Shown: positions 1 to 9,676 of the stretch, piece by piece
Layout: each line of letters begins with the position of its first letter
How positions within the stretch are numbered: position 1 is the stretch's first letter
The notes under the pieces: generated by a model
What the model was told of the DNA's origin: nothing
The model's input: only the letters and a program-made list of their open reading frames with translations
The model's database searches: none
Virus record (IMG/VR): IMGVR_UViG_3300029551_000088
Length of the DNA: 24,503 nucleotides
Source of the DNA: a virus
Taxonomy: Duplodnaviria; Heunggongvirae; Uroviricota; Caudoviricetes
Strand: one strand, 5' to 3'
Program-made: the position numbers and the translations under genes

Positions 1-265
1 CCTCCAGCGACAACCCGTTAATGTCATCCGGAATTGCAGATCTACCTTGGCTGCTTTGAAAGCACGGACCAAATGGTACCTGTGGATTTTCGGGACGAAA
101 GTGAAAACCGCAAATATGGGTTAGCAGTCTTATCTCCGCTCTTCCATCACCTAGGCTAGAAAGATACTTTGTGATATCAAAGCAGGTAACTGGCAGCTTA
201 CTCTGGATTAAGGGGGATAAATCAATAGTGTTAAGTTCGTCGAGGCTGATATTAATATCGTCCAT
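1..265 (-). CDS. hypothetical protein, partial (start at 265, runs off the left edge of the window); AT-rich
   Basis: Minus-strand ATG (plus 263-265) preceded by AAGGTG Shine-Dalgarno; my manual translation gives at least 88 codons with no stop (MDDINISLDELNTIDLSPLIQSKLPVTCFDITKYLSSLGDGRAEIRLL...). Absent from the supplied ORF track, presumably because it has no stop inside the window. No family recognised. Confidence 0.3.
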   Translation of the reverse strand, partial: MDDINISLDELNTIDLSPLIQSKLPVTCFDITKYLSSLGDGRAEIRLLTHICGFHFRPENPQVPFGPCFQSSQGRSAIPDDINGLSLE

Positions 266-783
266 GTCGTCACCTTGATGATTTGTTAATGCGGGGGCAA
301 CATTAATAAATGTACTTGAGACCGCAATTTGTCGATGGAGCCAACATTTATAACTATGTGCTTCTACCCTCTGAATTTTTACATGTGAATTGCTAGCTTG
401 AATAGCTCTATCATTATATACGTGGCACTAAATTATGGCTGTTTTTCGCTCAAAGCGGACTAGAAGGTTAGCTTGTGTCGGACTTTGCGTATTAAAAGAA
501 GTGCTGGTGGTGACTAGTGGTTGTGCCCCATTTCCACAGAAAAAATCAGAGAAACTATACCCAATAGTTGTATTGAATCACTGACGAGACAGCCTCATAT
601 TCATCAGGACTGGTCTACGTCCAATACAGGAGGTTGTGGTGCTGGTTCTCAAATGTGCGCTGGCTATTACGGCTGTAATGGCGATTTATTGTCTTGCTAT
701 TGTTCTTATGGATCGCCTTTCTGACTGATTTCATATTGGCGAGGTAACGGTAGTTAAGTAGAATGGCTGCGGGTGCTTGAGGC

Positions 784-818
784 TATCTGCCTCGGGCATG
801 AACACCAAAGGCAGATAG
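784..818 (+). promoter_or_regulatory. perfect 9-bp inverted repeat (CTATCTGCC / GGCAGATAG, 17-nt loop) in the leader upstream of the hok-like gene; candidate regulatory RNA structure
   Basis: Stem arms read directly from the sequence at 784-792 and 810-818. Hok-family mRNAs are known to be controlled by extensive leader secondary structure and antisense RNA; assignment here is inference. Confidence 0.3.
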
Positions 819-939
819 AGAAAAGCCCCAGTTAACATTACGCGTCCTGCAAGACGCTTAACATTAATCTGAGGCCAATTTCATGCTAGACACATGTAGG
901 TTAGCCTCTTACGAGCCGAAAGGCAAGGAGAAGCAGGCT

Positions 940-1095
940 ATGAAGCAGCAAAAGGCGATGTTAATCGCCCTGATCGTCATCTGTTTAACCGTCATAGTGA
1001 CGGCACTGGTAACGAGGAAAGACCTCTGCGAGGTACGAATCCGAACCGGCCAGACGGAGGTCGCTGTCTTCACAGCTTACGAACCTGAGGAGTAA
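940..1095 (+). CDS. hokD: Hok/Gef-family type I toxin, small membrane peptide (HokD/RelF-like, 51 aa)
   Basis: Translation MKQQKAMLIALIVICLTVIVTALVTRKDLCEVRIRTGQTEVAVFTAYEPEE matches my recollection of E. coli HokD; AAGGAG Shine-Dalgarno at 925-930. The track ORF from 883 is an in-frame upstream extension. Confidence 0.85.
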   Translation: MKQQKAMLIALIVICLTVIVTALVTRKDLCEVRIRTGQTEVAVFTAYEPEE

Positions 1096-1165
1096 GAGAC
1101 CCGGCGAGGGAGAAATCCCTCGCCACCTCTGATGTGGCAGGCATCCTCAACGCACCCGCACTTAA

Positions 1166-1190
1166 CCCGCTTCGGCGGGTTTTTGTTTTT
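1166..1190 (+). terminator. rho-independent terminator candidate downstream of hokD
   Basis: GC hairpin CCCGC-TTCG-GCGGG followed by a T-rich run (TTTTTGTTTTT). Confidence 0.55.
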
Positions 1191-1311
1191 ATTTTCAACG
1201 CGTTTGAAGATCTGGACGGTGCCGGAATAGAATCAAAAATACTTAAGTAGCGCGCAGGGATAAGAGGGATGGTCCCTTAAAGGGGAGAGCTAATTATCCG
1301 GAAGGATTCTG

Positions 1312-1563
1312 ATGATGAACATCGAAGAACTGCGTAAAATTTTTTGTGAAGATGGCCTCTATGCTGTGTGCGTTGAAAATGGAAATCTTGTTAGTCATTA
1401 CCGCATTATGTGTTTGCGAAAGAATGGGGCTGCGTTAATTAATTTTGTGGATGCTCGGGTCACGGACGGATTTATCTTGCGCGAAGGTGAGTTTGTCACT
1501 TCATTACAGGCATTGAAAGAGATCGGAATAAAAGCTGGCTTTTCTGCTTTTGCAGAAGAATAA
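1312..1563 (+). CDS. rem: Rem-like protein (Qin prophage rem homolog, 83 aa)
   Basis: 83-aa ORF MMNIEELRKIFCEDGLYAVCVENG...; size and position (between hokD and ydfU) match the K-12 Qin gene order; GGAAGGA Shine-Dalgarno upstream. Confidence 0.7.
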   Translation: MMNIEELRKIFCEDGLYAVCVENGNLVSHYRIMCLRKNGAALINFVDARVTDGFILREGEFVTSLQALKEIGIKAGFSAFAEE

Positions 1564-1629
1564 ACTCATCTACAATCTTGCGCGGGGCTGAACTCCCGCT
1601 GAGTAACACCGTGCCACCGGAGAAAACCG

Positions 1630-1908
1630 ATGGCACGCAACGTAAAATATTACAATTCTGATAATTCGCCCGTTCTTGCCTGCACGCACGGGCGGTATTC
1701 TCACGCATTCAAGTCTGAATGGTTCCAGCACCCTCCATGCACTGCAGAACAGGCCGAATGGCTGATTCATTCTTACCGCAGGCGCGGGTTCGAGGTTAAG
1801 AAAGCTCTCAGTCTCGACTATCGGCACTGGATAATCTCTGTCAGGCTGCCTTATTCCGAACGCCCACCACGTGCGTCCCGCACTTTCCAGCAACGGATCT
1901 GGAGGTAA
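1630..1908 (+). CDS. hypothetical protein (92 aa)
   Basis: ATG at 1630 preceded by GGAGA with 6-nt spacer; ends 1 nt before the GTG start of the next gene. No family recognised. Confidence 0.4.
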   Translation: MARNVKYYNSDNSPVLACTHGRYSHAFKSEWFQHPPCTAEQAEWLIHSYRRRGFEVKKALSLDYRHWIISVRLPYSERPPRASRTFQQRIWR

Positions 1909-1909
1909 C

Positions 1910-2959
1910 GTGCGGGTATTACTTAGACCTGTTCTGGTGCCTGAGCTTGGGCTGGTGGTCCTTAAGCCGGGCCGTGAATCCATACAGATATTTCATAATC
2001 CTCGAGTGCTGGTGGAACCGGAACCAAAAAGCATGCGAAATCTGCCATCCGGAGTCGTTCCTGCCGTTCGCCAGCCGCTGGCAGAAGACAAAACATTGCT
2101 GCCGTTTTTTAGTAACGAACGGGTGATTCGTGCTACTGGCGGCGTTGGCGCATTGTCTGACTGGCTATTACGTCATGTTACATCCTGCCAGTGGCCTAAT
2201 GGCGATTACCATCACACTGAAACAGTCATTCACCGTTATGGTACCGGCGCAATGGTGTTGTGCTGGCACTGCGACAACCAACTGCGTGACCAGACATCGG
2301 AATCACTGGAGCTGCTTGCTCAACAAAATCTGACAGCATGGGTGATTGACGTCATCCGTCACGCAATAAGCGGTACGCAGGAGCGGGAATTATCTTTGGC
2401 TGAATTATCCTGGTGGGCGGTCTGCAATCAGGTGGTGGATGCACTACCTGAGGCTGTATCGCGTCGTTCGCTGGGATTACCAGCGGAAAAAATCTGCTCG
2501 GTGTACCGCGAAAGCGACATCGTACAGGGAGAGCAGACCGCCACCAGCATATTGAAACAACGCACAGAAAATCTTGCACCGTTGCCTTACGCCCACCAGC
2601 AACAAAAACCACCACAGGAAAAGACGGTGGTAAGCATCACCGTTGATCCAGAGTCTCCGGAATCTTTCATGAAGCTGCCTAAACGTCGCCGCTGGGTTAA
2701 GGAGAAATACACTCGTTGGGTTAAGACACAGCCGTGTGCTTGCTGCGGTATGCCAGCCGACGATCCGCATCATCTGATTGGTCACGGGCAGGGCGGAATG
2801 GGAACAAAAGCACATGATCTCTTTGTGTTGCCTTTGTGCAGAAAGCATCACAACGAGCTGCATACGGATACAGTGGCATTTGAAGAGAAGTATGGCTCCC
2901 AACTGGAGCTGATATTTCGTTTTATCGATCGCGCGCTGGCAACTGGCGTACTGGCGTAA
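1910..2959 (+). CDS. ydfU: DUF968-family protein with C-terminal Cys/His-rich HNH-like zinc-binding motif (YdfU-like, 349 aa)
   Basis: GTG at 1910 preceded by GGAGG (1901-1905) gives 349 aa, the length I recall for K-12 YdfU; C-terminus contains CACCG...HHLIGHG...CRKHHNELH. The track start at 1871 is an earlier in-frame GTG without a ribosome-binding site. Confidence 0.7.
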   Translation: MRVLLRPVLVPELGLVVLKPGRESIQIFHNPRVLVEPEPKSMRNLPSGVVPAVRQPLAEDKTLLPFFSNERVIRATGGVGALSDWLLRHVTSCQWPNGDYHHTETVIHRYGTGAMVLCWHCDNQLRDQTSESLELLAQQNLTAWVIDVIRHAISGTQERELSLAELSWWAVCNQVVDALPEAVSRRSLGLPAEKICSVYRESDIVQGEQTATSILKQRTENLAPLPYAHQQQKPPQEKTVVSITVDPESPESFMKLPKRRRWVKEKYTRWVKTQPCACCGMPADDPHHLIGHGQGGMGTKAHDLFVLPLCRKHHNELHTDTVAFEEKYGSQLELIFRFIDRALATGVLA

Positions 2960-2972
2960 GTGGAGAACGAGC

Positions 2973-3725
2973 ATGAACCTTGAAGCCTTACCAAAATATT
3001 ACTCCCCAAAATCTCCAAAATTGAGCGATGACGCTCCAGCGACAGGCACCGGTTGTTTAACAATTACGGATGTAATGGCAGCGCAGGGGATGGTGCAGTC
3101 GAAAGCACCACTTGGGTTGGCCTTATTTCTGGCAAAAGTTGGTGTTCAGGACCCTCAGTTTGCGATTGAAGGCCTGCTAAATTACGCGATGGCACTGGAT
3201 AACCCGACATTGAACAAATTGAGTGAAGAAATCCGGTTACAGATTATTCCTTACCTTGTGAATTTTGCCTTTGCTGATTACTCCAGGTCTGCGGCAAGTA
3301 AGGCTCGCTGTGAGCATTGTTCAGGTACGGGATTTTATAATGTATTGCGCGAAGTGGTGAAACACTACAGACGCGGGGAATCTGTAATCAAGGAAGAATG
3401 GGTGAAGGAACTATGTCAGCATTGCCATGGTAAGGGCGAAGTCAGCACAGCGTGCAGAGGGTGTAAGGGTAAAGGGATTGTTCTGGATGAAAAAAGAACC
3501 CGGTTTCATGGCGTACCGGTATATAAGATTTGTGGGCGTTGTAATGGAAACCGATTTAGTCGTTTACCGACCACGCTGGCACGACGTCATGTCCAGAAGC
3601 TGGTACCAGACCTGACCGATTATCAGTGGTATAAGGGGTATGCGGACGTCATTGATAAACTGGTAACAAAGTGCTGGCAGGAAGAAGCATACGCGGAAGC
3701 GCAATTGAGGAAGGTGACGAGATAA
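2973..3725 (+). CDS. quuQ: late-gene antitermination protein Q (QuuQ-like, 250 aa) with Cys-rich zinc-binding region
   Basis: 250-aa ORF immediately upstream of a promoter/terminator unit and the lysis genes; CEHCSGTG...CQHCHGKG...CRGCKGKG cysteine clusters; length equals K-12 QuuQ as I recall it. Confidence 0.8.
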   Translation: MNLEALPKYYSPKSPKLSDDAPATGTGCLTITDVMAAQGMVQSKAPLGLALFLAKVGVQDPQFAIEGLLNYAMALDNPTLNKLSEEIRLQIIPYLVNFAFADYSRSAASKARCEHCSGTGFYNVLREVVKHYRRGESVIKEEWVKELCQHCHGKGEVSTACRGCKGKGIVLDEKRTRFHGVPVYKICGRCNGNRFSRLPTTLARRHVQKLVPDLTDYQWYKGYADVIDKLVTKCWQEEAYAEAQLRKVTR

Positions 3726-3756
3726 ATGATTTTTGCTGAAGATGGCGACATGATGT

Positions 3757-3860
3757 TTGCATTTTTCAAAAAATATGGATAAAATTTTTTCAACGATGGG
3801 CTTTGTATACCCGACGTTAAGAAAAAGTAGAAAACCCGCTGATGAGCGGGTTTTGTGCTT
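3757..3860 (+). promoter_or_regulatory. candidate late promoter pR' (-35 TTGCAT 3757-3762, 17-nt spacer, -10 TAAAAT 3780-3785) with downstream tR'-like hairpin terminator (3835-3860); putative qut region
   Basis: Sigma-70-like hexamers read from sequence; hairpin CCCGCT-GATG-AGCGGG followed by TTTTGTGCTTT. Placement immediately 3' of Q matches lambdoid pR'/tR' architecture. Confidence 0.4.
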
Positions 3861-4146
3861 TAAATGGGGCAATGGTAATGTTGAATCTCATCCCGGGACT
3901 CATGTCTGTTAACTTATTATTTAGCTGGTGACTTGGTTATTTGCCTGATGTTTAAAATGTTTTCTTCCAGTACAATGTCCCTAAACACAATGAGTCTGCT
4001 TATTATATTATTAGCAGAGCTATTACGGCCAAAGTACAGCATAAGCTTTTAAAGCCAATCAACCAGTCATCAAGACAGACGGGGTTATTCATAAAAACTC
4101 TCCATGTGTGATCCGATGGGGCCTGAAATTAAAGCTTTAATATAGC

Positions 4147-4359
4147 TCATGAAAGGTAAACATTGGCAGCTGAAGGGCCACGCAGACCATTTATCCGGCA
4201 AAATTCCACGCGTAATCCGGTGGTAATTTCTTCTGCATCGCGGAGATTGAGCGCTGAAACATGAAGCTGGACATCGATACGACCATCGGATGGGGTGATA
4301 AGACCCTTGCCGCTTTTGCCGTCAAAGGTTTTGACAATTCCTGTCATTTTACGGGACAA
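4147..4359 (-). CDS. cspF: cold-shock protein family (CspF-like, 70 aa)
   Basis: [27 protein letters not shown]... has the cold-shock domain signature; divergent from the cspB-like gene as in Qin. Confidence 0.8.
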
Positions 4360-4659
4360 AAAAATTCCTTAATACTGATAACTTGGCGCACTATACACAC
4401 GTTCCTGAAGAAAGCTATAGTTTTTTGATGGGGTTGAAGATGGCTGGATGTCTAAAATAAACATTGCTTCATATGTTCAACTATGCGTTAATGATTGCGT
4501 CGGTTTGAAGAACAGACGATATACGAAGTAGTTTACTAAAGCAGTTCTCATTTCAGGTGTTATTCACTTATTCCTTCTTTGAGTCTCTCCAATTAAGTAC
4601 GAAGTCGTTTCTGTTATGCAAACCATTTATGCCGAAAGGCTCAAGTTAAGGAATGTAGA

Positions 4660-4875
4660 ATGTCAAATAAAATGACTGGTTTAGTAAAATGGTTTAACGC
4701 TGATAAAGGTTTCGGCTTTATTTCTCCTGTTGATGGTAGTAAAGATGTGTTTGTGCATTTTTCTGCGATTCAGAATGATAATTATCGAACCTTATTTGAA
4801 GGTCAAAAGGTTACCTTCTCTATAGAGAGTGGTGCTAAAGGTCCTGCAGCAGCAAATGTCATCATTACTGATTAA
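4660..4875 (+). CDS. cspB: cold-shock protein CspB-like (71 aa)
   Basis: [71 protein letters not shown], canonical CspA-family sequence with RNP motifs; long AT-rich 5' leader typical of cold-shock genes. Confidence 0.9.
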   Translation: MSNKMTGLVKWFNADKGFGFISPVDGSKDVFVHFSAIQNDNYRTLFEGQKVTFSIESGAKGPAAANVIITD

Positions 4876-5158
4876 AATTCATCGCTCGTCTGTATACGAT
4901 AACGAAGAAGGCTGATGCCTGAGTAGAGATACGGACAGAGTAGTGAATATTGGATCTCTTTAATAAAAAGTAAGGAGGTCCAATACATGAAACAATGGCT
5001 AGCATATTTGGCAAAATCTTAATCAGGAAAAGTATGCTAACCATTGTGGTGAAGTGCAGGTTTGCTGCATGAATAGTTTTACAGCAGAAGCTAACTGCTG
5101 GCATGGCAAAACAAAGTGCGTAAGTGGATGACTCCCACAAAAAGCACCACAATCTCAA

Positions 5159-5186
5159 ACCCGCTCAGGCGGGTTTTTTATTATCT
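5159..5186 (+). terminator. rho-independent terminator candidate
   Basis: Hairpin CCCGC-TCAG-GCGGG followed by TTTTTTATT. Confidence 0.5.
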
Positions 5187-5238
5187 GCTTTAAATATATT
5201 ATTAAAATATAAAAAATACTTGTTACTAATAAAATCAA

Positions 5239-5409
5239 TCAGGCTACAGCTTTAAGATTTGTCTGGAATACTTTGTTGCAATGAGGGCAGATCAAAAGGG
5301 CACCTTTTTGTACTCTTGAAAAACTGTGTTCTGACTCTTGGGTGCAGTTTGGGCAGGAACATTTAACGAGATAATTACGGCGTGATTTTGAGTTTTTACG
5401 TTCTGACAT
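5239..5409 (-). CDS. small zinc-ribbon protein (CxCPxC ... CPHC), hypothetical (56 aa from the internal ATG)
   Basis: MSERKNSKSRRNYLVKCSCPNCTQESEHSFSRVQKGALLICPHCNKVFQTNLKAVA; the ATG at 5409 has an AGGAAAA ribosome-binding site, whereas the longer track ORF start at 5460 has none. Confidence 0.4.
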   Translation of the reverse strand: MSERKNSKSRRNYLVKCSCPNCTQESEHSFSRVQKGALLICPHCNKVFQTNLKAVA

Positions 5410-5628
5410 AGGCTTTTCCTGTATAAATGGCCGTATACAGTACACTAAATATGAAAACATTTCTCGTATTATTATTTTATATATGACTTTCTTTCAAAAT
5501 AATTACCCACATTTTTAATGTGTATGTTTTTTTAGCGCCGTTGAGAACAACGTGTGCTGTCAAAACTACCCCGTAGACTCCGATCTTTTCAAACATATTG
5601 CACCATCCGTGTACATCGGGGTGAGGAT

Positions 5629-5844
5629 ATGAAATCAATGGATAAGTTAACAACAGGTGTTGCCTATGGCACATCGGCGGGTAATGCTGGTTTCTGGGCA
5701 TTGCAGTTACTCGATAAAGTAACTCCGTCACAGTGGGCTGCAATCGGTGTGCTGGGTAGCCTGGTTTTTGGCCTGCTGACGTATCTGACAAATCTTTATT
5801 TCAAGATTAAAGAAGACAGGCGTAAGGCTGCGAGAGGAGAGTAA
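5629..5844 (+). CDS. essQ: class II holin / pinholin, phage 21 S-like, with dual-start motif (MKSM; 71 aa)
   Basis: [71 protein letters not shown]; two TM segments; Met1/Met4 dual start; GAGGAT ribosome-binding site before the ATG at 5629; near-identical to my recollection of S21/EssQ. Confidence 0.85.
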   Translation: MKSMDKLTTGVAYGTSAGNAGFWALQLLDKVTPSQWAAIGVLGSLVFGLLTYLTNLYFKIKEDRRKAARGE

Positions 5845-5872
5845 TCCAACGACTCAAGACTATGAACTGGTT

Positions 5873-6156
5873 GTGAAAGGAGTCCGTAATTTTGAGAATA
5901 AAGTTACGGTAACTGTAGCCTTACAGGACAAAGAACGCTTTGACGGTGAAATTTTTGACCTGGATGTCGCCATGGACCGTGTTGAAGGAGCTGCGCTGGA
6001 GTTTTATGAGGCAGCAGCCAGAAGGAGCGTCCGGCAAGTCTTCCTGGAAGTAGCAGAAAAATTGTCAGAAAAAGTTGAGTCTTATCTGCAGCATCAGTAC
6101 TCCTTTAAGATTGAAAATCCTGCCAATAAGCACGAGCGTCCTCATCATAAATATAT

Positions 6157-6160
<4 letters not shown>
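5873..6160 (+). CDS. ydfR: YdfR-like protein of unknown function, located between holin and endolysin
   Basis: 95-aa ORF with GTG start in the position occupied by ydfR in Qin; sequence identity to YdfR not verified. Confidence 0.5.
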
Positions 6161-7184
<1,024 letters not shown>

Positions 7185-7547
7185 GGTAATATTAAATCGG
7201 AACATTTACATCGCGGAATGTAAAATTTAAATAAAAAGGACTCTTCCATGAGCCAAAATTCCTGAAATCTTAAGGGTAAGATAAAAGGTCTTAATCAGAA
7301 TGACACGTTATTATTAATAAATAAAGCTATTCTTTCATTGCTGTGTTTTTCTTTACAAAAGTAATCCTTGCTATGGGTGGTTAATCATGCGTTAATGGTG
7401 TTCTGGTTTGTTACAAATTTATCTGAAGCAGTCATTGTTATAATTTTATTATTTGTACCTCTTGAGATTTCCTTGTTGGTTTTTCTCTCTGATATTTTTT
7501 TTCGGACCATTCTGCCCAAGGGCTAATTTCTTCAAAAGGTAATAATT

Positions 7548-7760
7548 ATGTCTAACAAAATGACTGGTTTAGTGAAATGGTTTAACCCTGAAAAAGGTTT
7601 TGGTTTCATCACGCCGAAAGATGGCAGCAAAGATGTGTTTGTCCATTTCTCAGCAATTCAGAGCAACGATTTCAAAACATTAACTGAGAATCAGGAAGTT
7701 GAATTTGGTATTGAGAACGGACCTAAAGGTCCTGCCGCTGTTCATGTAGTGGCGCTTTGA
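7548..7760 (+). CDS. cspI: cold-shock protein CspI-like (70 aa)
   Basis: [70 protein letters not shown]; long AT-rich 5' leader (7185-7547). Confidence 0.9.
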   Translation: MSNKMTGLVKWFNPEKGFGFITPKDGSKDVFVHFSAIQSNDFKTLTENQEVEFGIENGPKGPAAVHVVAL

Positions 7761-7964
7761 GGTAGACAATATTACAAACCATATTCACTTTAGATGCCCG
7801 TGTTGTCATGGTTCCCAGTATAGAACATCATCTTTTGATGTTTCTGACATGAATCCTTTCGGGGCAAAATGTATCTTTTGTAAATCAATGATGATTACAT
7901 TTGATAATATTTCACAATACTTAAATGCCAGCCGTCTGTCGTTGGATTTAAAAAAGTGAAAATG

Positions 7965-7987
7965 AAGGCTCCTTCGGGAGCTTTTTT
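7965..7987 (+). terminator. rho-independent terminator
   Basis: Hairpin GCTCC-TTCG-GGAGC followed by TTTTTT. Confidence 0.6.
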
Positions 7988-8031
7988 GCTTGGTATCTAT
8001 TCGATGGATACTCACATACTACGGTAACATC

Positions 8032-8262
8032 ATGAAAAAAATCATAGTTTTTTTTAACTCTGAACCAGCAGTGGTAGTGCCAGCGATGACTGGAGTTAAC
8101 ACCATCATGCGTGAATATCCAAATGGCGAAAAAACACACCTTACTGTAATGGCCGCAGGGTTTCCATCTCTGACCGGAGATCATAAAGTCATTTATGTAG
8201 CCGCGGATCGACATGTTACTTCAGAAGAAATTCTGGAAGCAGCAATAAGGCTCTTGAGTTGA
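8032..8262 (+). CDS. hypothetical protein (76 aa from ATG 8032)
   Basis: Track ORF begins at a TTG (7990); the first ATG gives MKKIIVFFNSEPAVVVPAMTGVNTIMREYPNGEK.... No family recognised; ribosome-binding site weak. Confidence 0.35.
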   Translation: MKKIIVFFNSEPAVVVPAMTGVNTIMREYPNGEKTHLTVMAAGFPSLTGDHKVIYVAADRHVTSEEILEAAIRLLS

Positions 8263-8433
8263 TTTGATGCTATTGTATTGATAATTCAGGAAAATTCTCT
8301 TTGTCTGTTTGTGTAAAATTTAGACTATCGTATGTTGATTATTGCGATGTTTCATCTTATCTTTTACACGTTTGCACCATATAATCGACTTACTGTGTAA
8401 CTGGAAAGTCATAACAGACTAAAAGAGGAAATG

Positions 8434-8607
8434 ATGAATATTGAAAACTTAAAAACAAAAGCAGAAGCAGATATTTCTGAATATATAACAAAAAAAATTA
8501 TTGAACTTAAGAAAAAGACCGGGAAAGAAGTTACCAGTATTCAGTTTACCGCACGGGAAAAAATGACGGGTCTTGAAAGCTATGATGTCAAGATTAATTT
8601 AATCTGA
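8434..8607 (+). CDS. gnsB: GnsA/GnsB-family small protein (57 aa)
   Basis: Hand translation MNIENLKTKAEADISEYITKKIIELKKKTGKEVTSIQFTAREKMTGLESYDVKINLI resembles E. coli GnsB as I recall it; AGAGGA ribosome-binding site; below the 60-aa cutoff of the ORF track. Confidence 0.75.
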   Translation: MNIENLKTKAEADISEYITKKIIELKKKTGKEVTSIQFTAREKMTGLESYDVKINLI

Positions 8608-8758
8608 TGTATTCAATAATAAAATTTATCCATAAACCTCGTTTTTACGGGGTTTTGTTATATTTGAATGGTTCCGAATATCTAAATCACAATTGTTGAT
8701 GGTTTTTATTAAACCAATGCAGTCCGGCTCAGGAGTGAGAGAAGCCGGACGTTATGGT

Positions 8759-9169
8759 TTAGCGTGGTAAGATCTGTGTAGTTTTCTGGATGCTTTCAGT
8801 AAATAGTAATGAGTTATCAAAGGCATAGTAATATCTTTGGTGTTCCTGGATATTTGTAACCCATCGGAAAACTCCTGCTTTAGCAAGATTTTCCCTGTAT
8901 TGTTGAAATGTGATTTCTTTTGATTTCAACTTATTATAGGAGGTCTCTATAAGATGTTTGTTTCTGGAGAATTTAACATTTACAACCTTTTTGAGTCCTT
9001 TTACTAACACTATGTTGTCGTTTTCTAACACAATGTGAATATTATCTGTGGCTAAATAGTAAATATAAAGTGAGATATTGTGACGTTTTAGCTCAGAATA
9101 AAATAATTCACAGTTTAAATCTTTACGCACTTGATCGAATATTTCTTTAAAAATGGCAGCCTGAGCCAT
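8759..9169 (-). CDS. ydfO: DUF1398-family protein (YdfO-like, 136 aa)
   Basis: [47 protein letters not shown]...; start chosen at the ATG with GGAAGG ribosome-binding site, giving 136 aa. Confidence 0.7.
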   Translation of the reverse strand: MAQAAIFKEIFDQVRKDLNCELFYSELKRHNISLYIYYLATDNIHIVLENDNIVLVKGLKKVVNVKFSRNKHLIETSYNKLKSKEITFQQYRENLAKAGVFRWVTNIQEHQRYYYAFDNSLLFTESIQKTTQILPR

Positions 9170-9469
9170 TGGTAAACCTTCCATGTGATACGATGGCGCG
9201 TAGTTTGCATTATCGTGTTTATTGTTTTAATCTGGTCTGACCTCTTTGTGTTTTGTTGATGATTTATGTCAAATATTAAGCCTGTTTTTAATGAATAGTG
9301 TTGATTGCGTAACAAAATTGAGCCTTGCTGGCATCCAGGAGGGATATGCAACCGACAGATGTATGTAAGGTCGATGTACTCAAACTTTCATACTTTTCCT
9401 CTTTTATGCAGTAAGATTTGAAGTAATATTTTAACCGCTAGATGACGAGCAAACGCATGGAGCGACAAA

Positions 9470-9676
9470 ATGAATAAAGAACAATCTGCTGATGAACTCT
9501 CGTTGGATCTGATTCGTGTAAAAAATATGCTTAATAGCACCATTTCTATGAGTTACCCGGATGTTGTAATTGCATGTATAGAACATCAGGTGTCTCTGGA
9601 AGCATTCAGGGCAATTGAGGCAGCGTTGGTGAAGCACGATAAGAATTCGAAGGATTATTCCCTGGTGGTTGACTGA
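9470..9676 (+). CDS. hypothetical protein (68 aa)
   Basis: ATG preceded by GGAGCG; lies between the accessory cluster and cos. No family recognised. Confidence 0.35.
   Translation: MNKEQSADELSLDLIRVKNMLNSTISMSYPDVVIACIEHQVSLEAFRAIEAALVKHDKNSKDYSLVVD

Noticed and set aside
521-724. 67-aa plus-strand ORF from the track (MCPISTEK...)
   Set aside because: No ribosome-binding site and a Cys/Gly-rich low-complexity translation; it overlaps in another frame the short hydrophobic ORF that does have a strong Shine-Dalgarno. Judged a chance ORF.
883-939. In-frame upstream extension of the hok-like gene, possibly Mok-like
   Set aside because: Genuine mok frames overlap hok out of frame; here the extension is in the same frame, and the AAGGAG ribosome-binding site sits directly before the internal ATG at 940.
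1496-1983. Minus-strand ORFs of 70 and 137 aa antisense to rem and the 92-aa ORF
   Set aside because: They overlap better-supported plus-strand genes and the translations are Arg/Pro/Ser-rich without start signals.
2352-3063. Three minus-strand ORFs (87, 165, 71 aa) inside the ydfU-like and Q genes
   Set aside because: Antisense to recognisable genes; no ribosome-binding sites; low-complexity translations.
3870-4146. Intergenic region after the tR'-like terminator checked for a tRNA gene, which lambdoid phages often carry downstream of Q
   Set aside because: No cloverleaf-compatible segment with a GTTC-type T-arm was evident by eye; a tRNA scan would be needed for certainty.
7806-8214. Minus-strand ORFs of 69 and 88 aa overlapping the cspI terminator and the 76-aa hypothetical
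   Set aside because: They span a plus-strand terminator and have no start signals; the translations are not protein-like.
8722-8750. Hairpin TCCGGCT...AGCCGGA next to the ydfO 3' end as a terminator
   Set aside because: No adequate U-run on either strand; possibly a structural element but not a confident intrinsic terminator.
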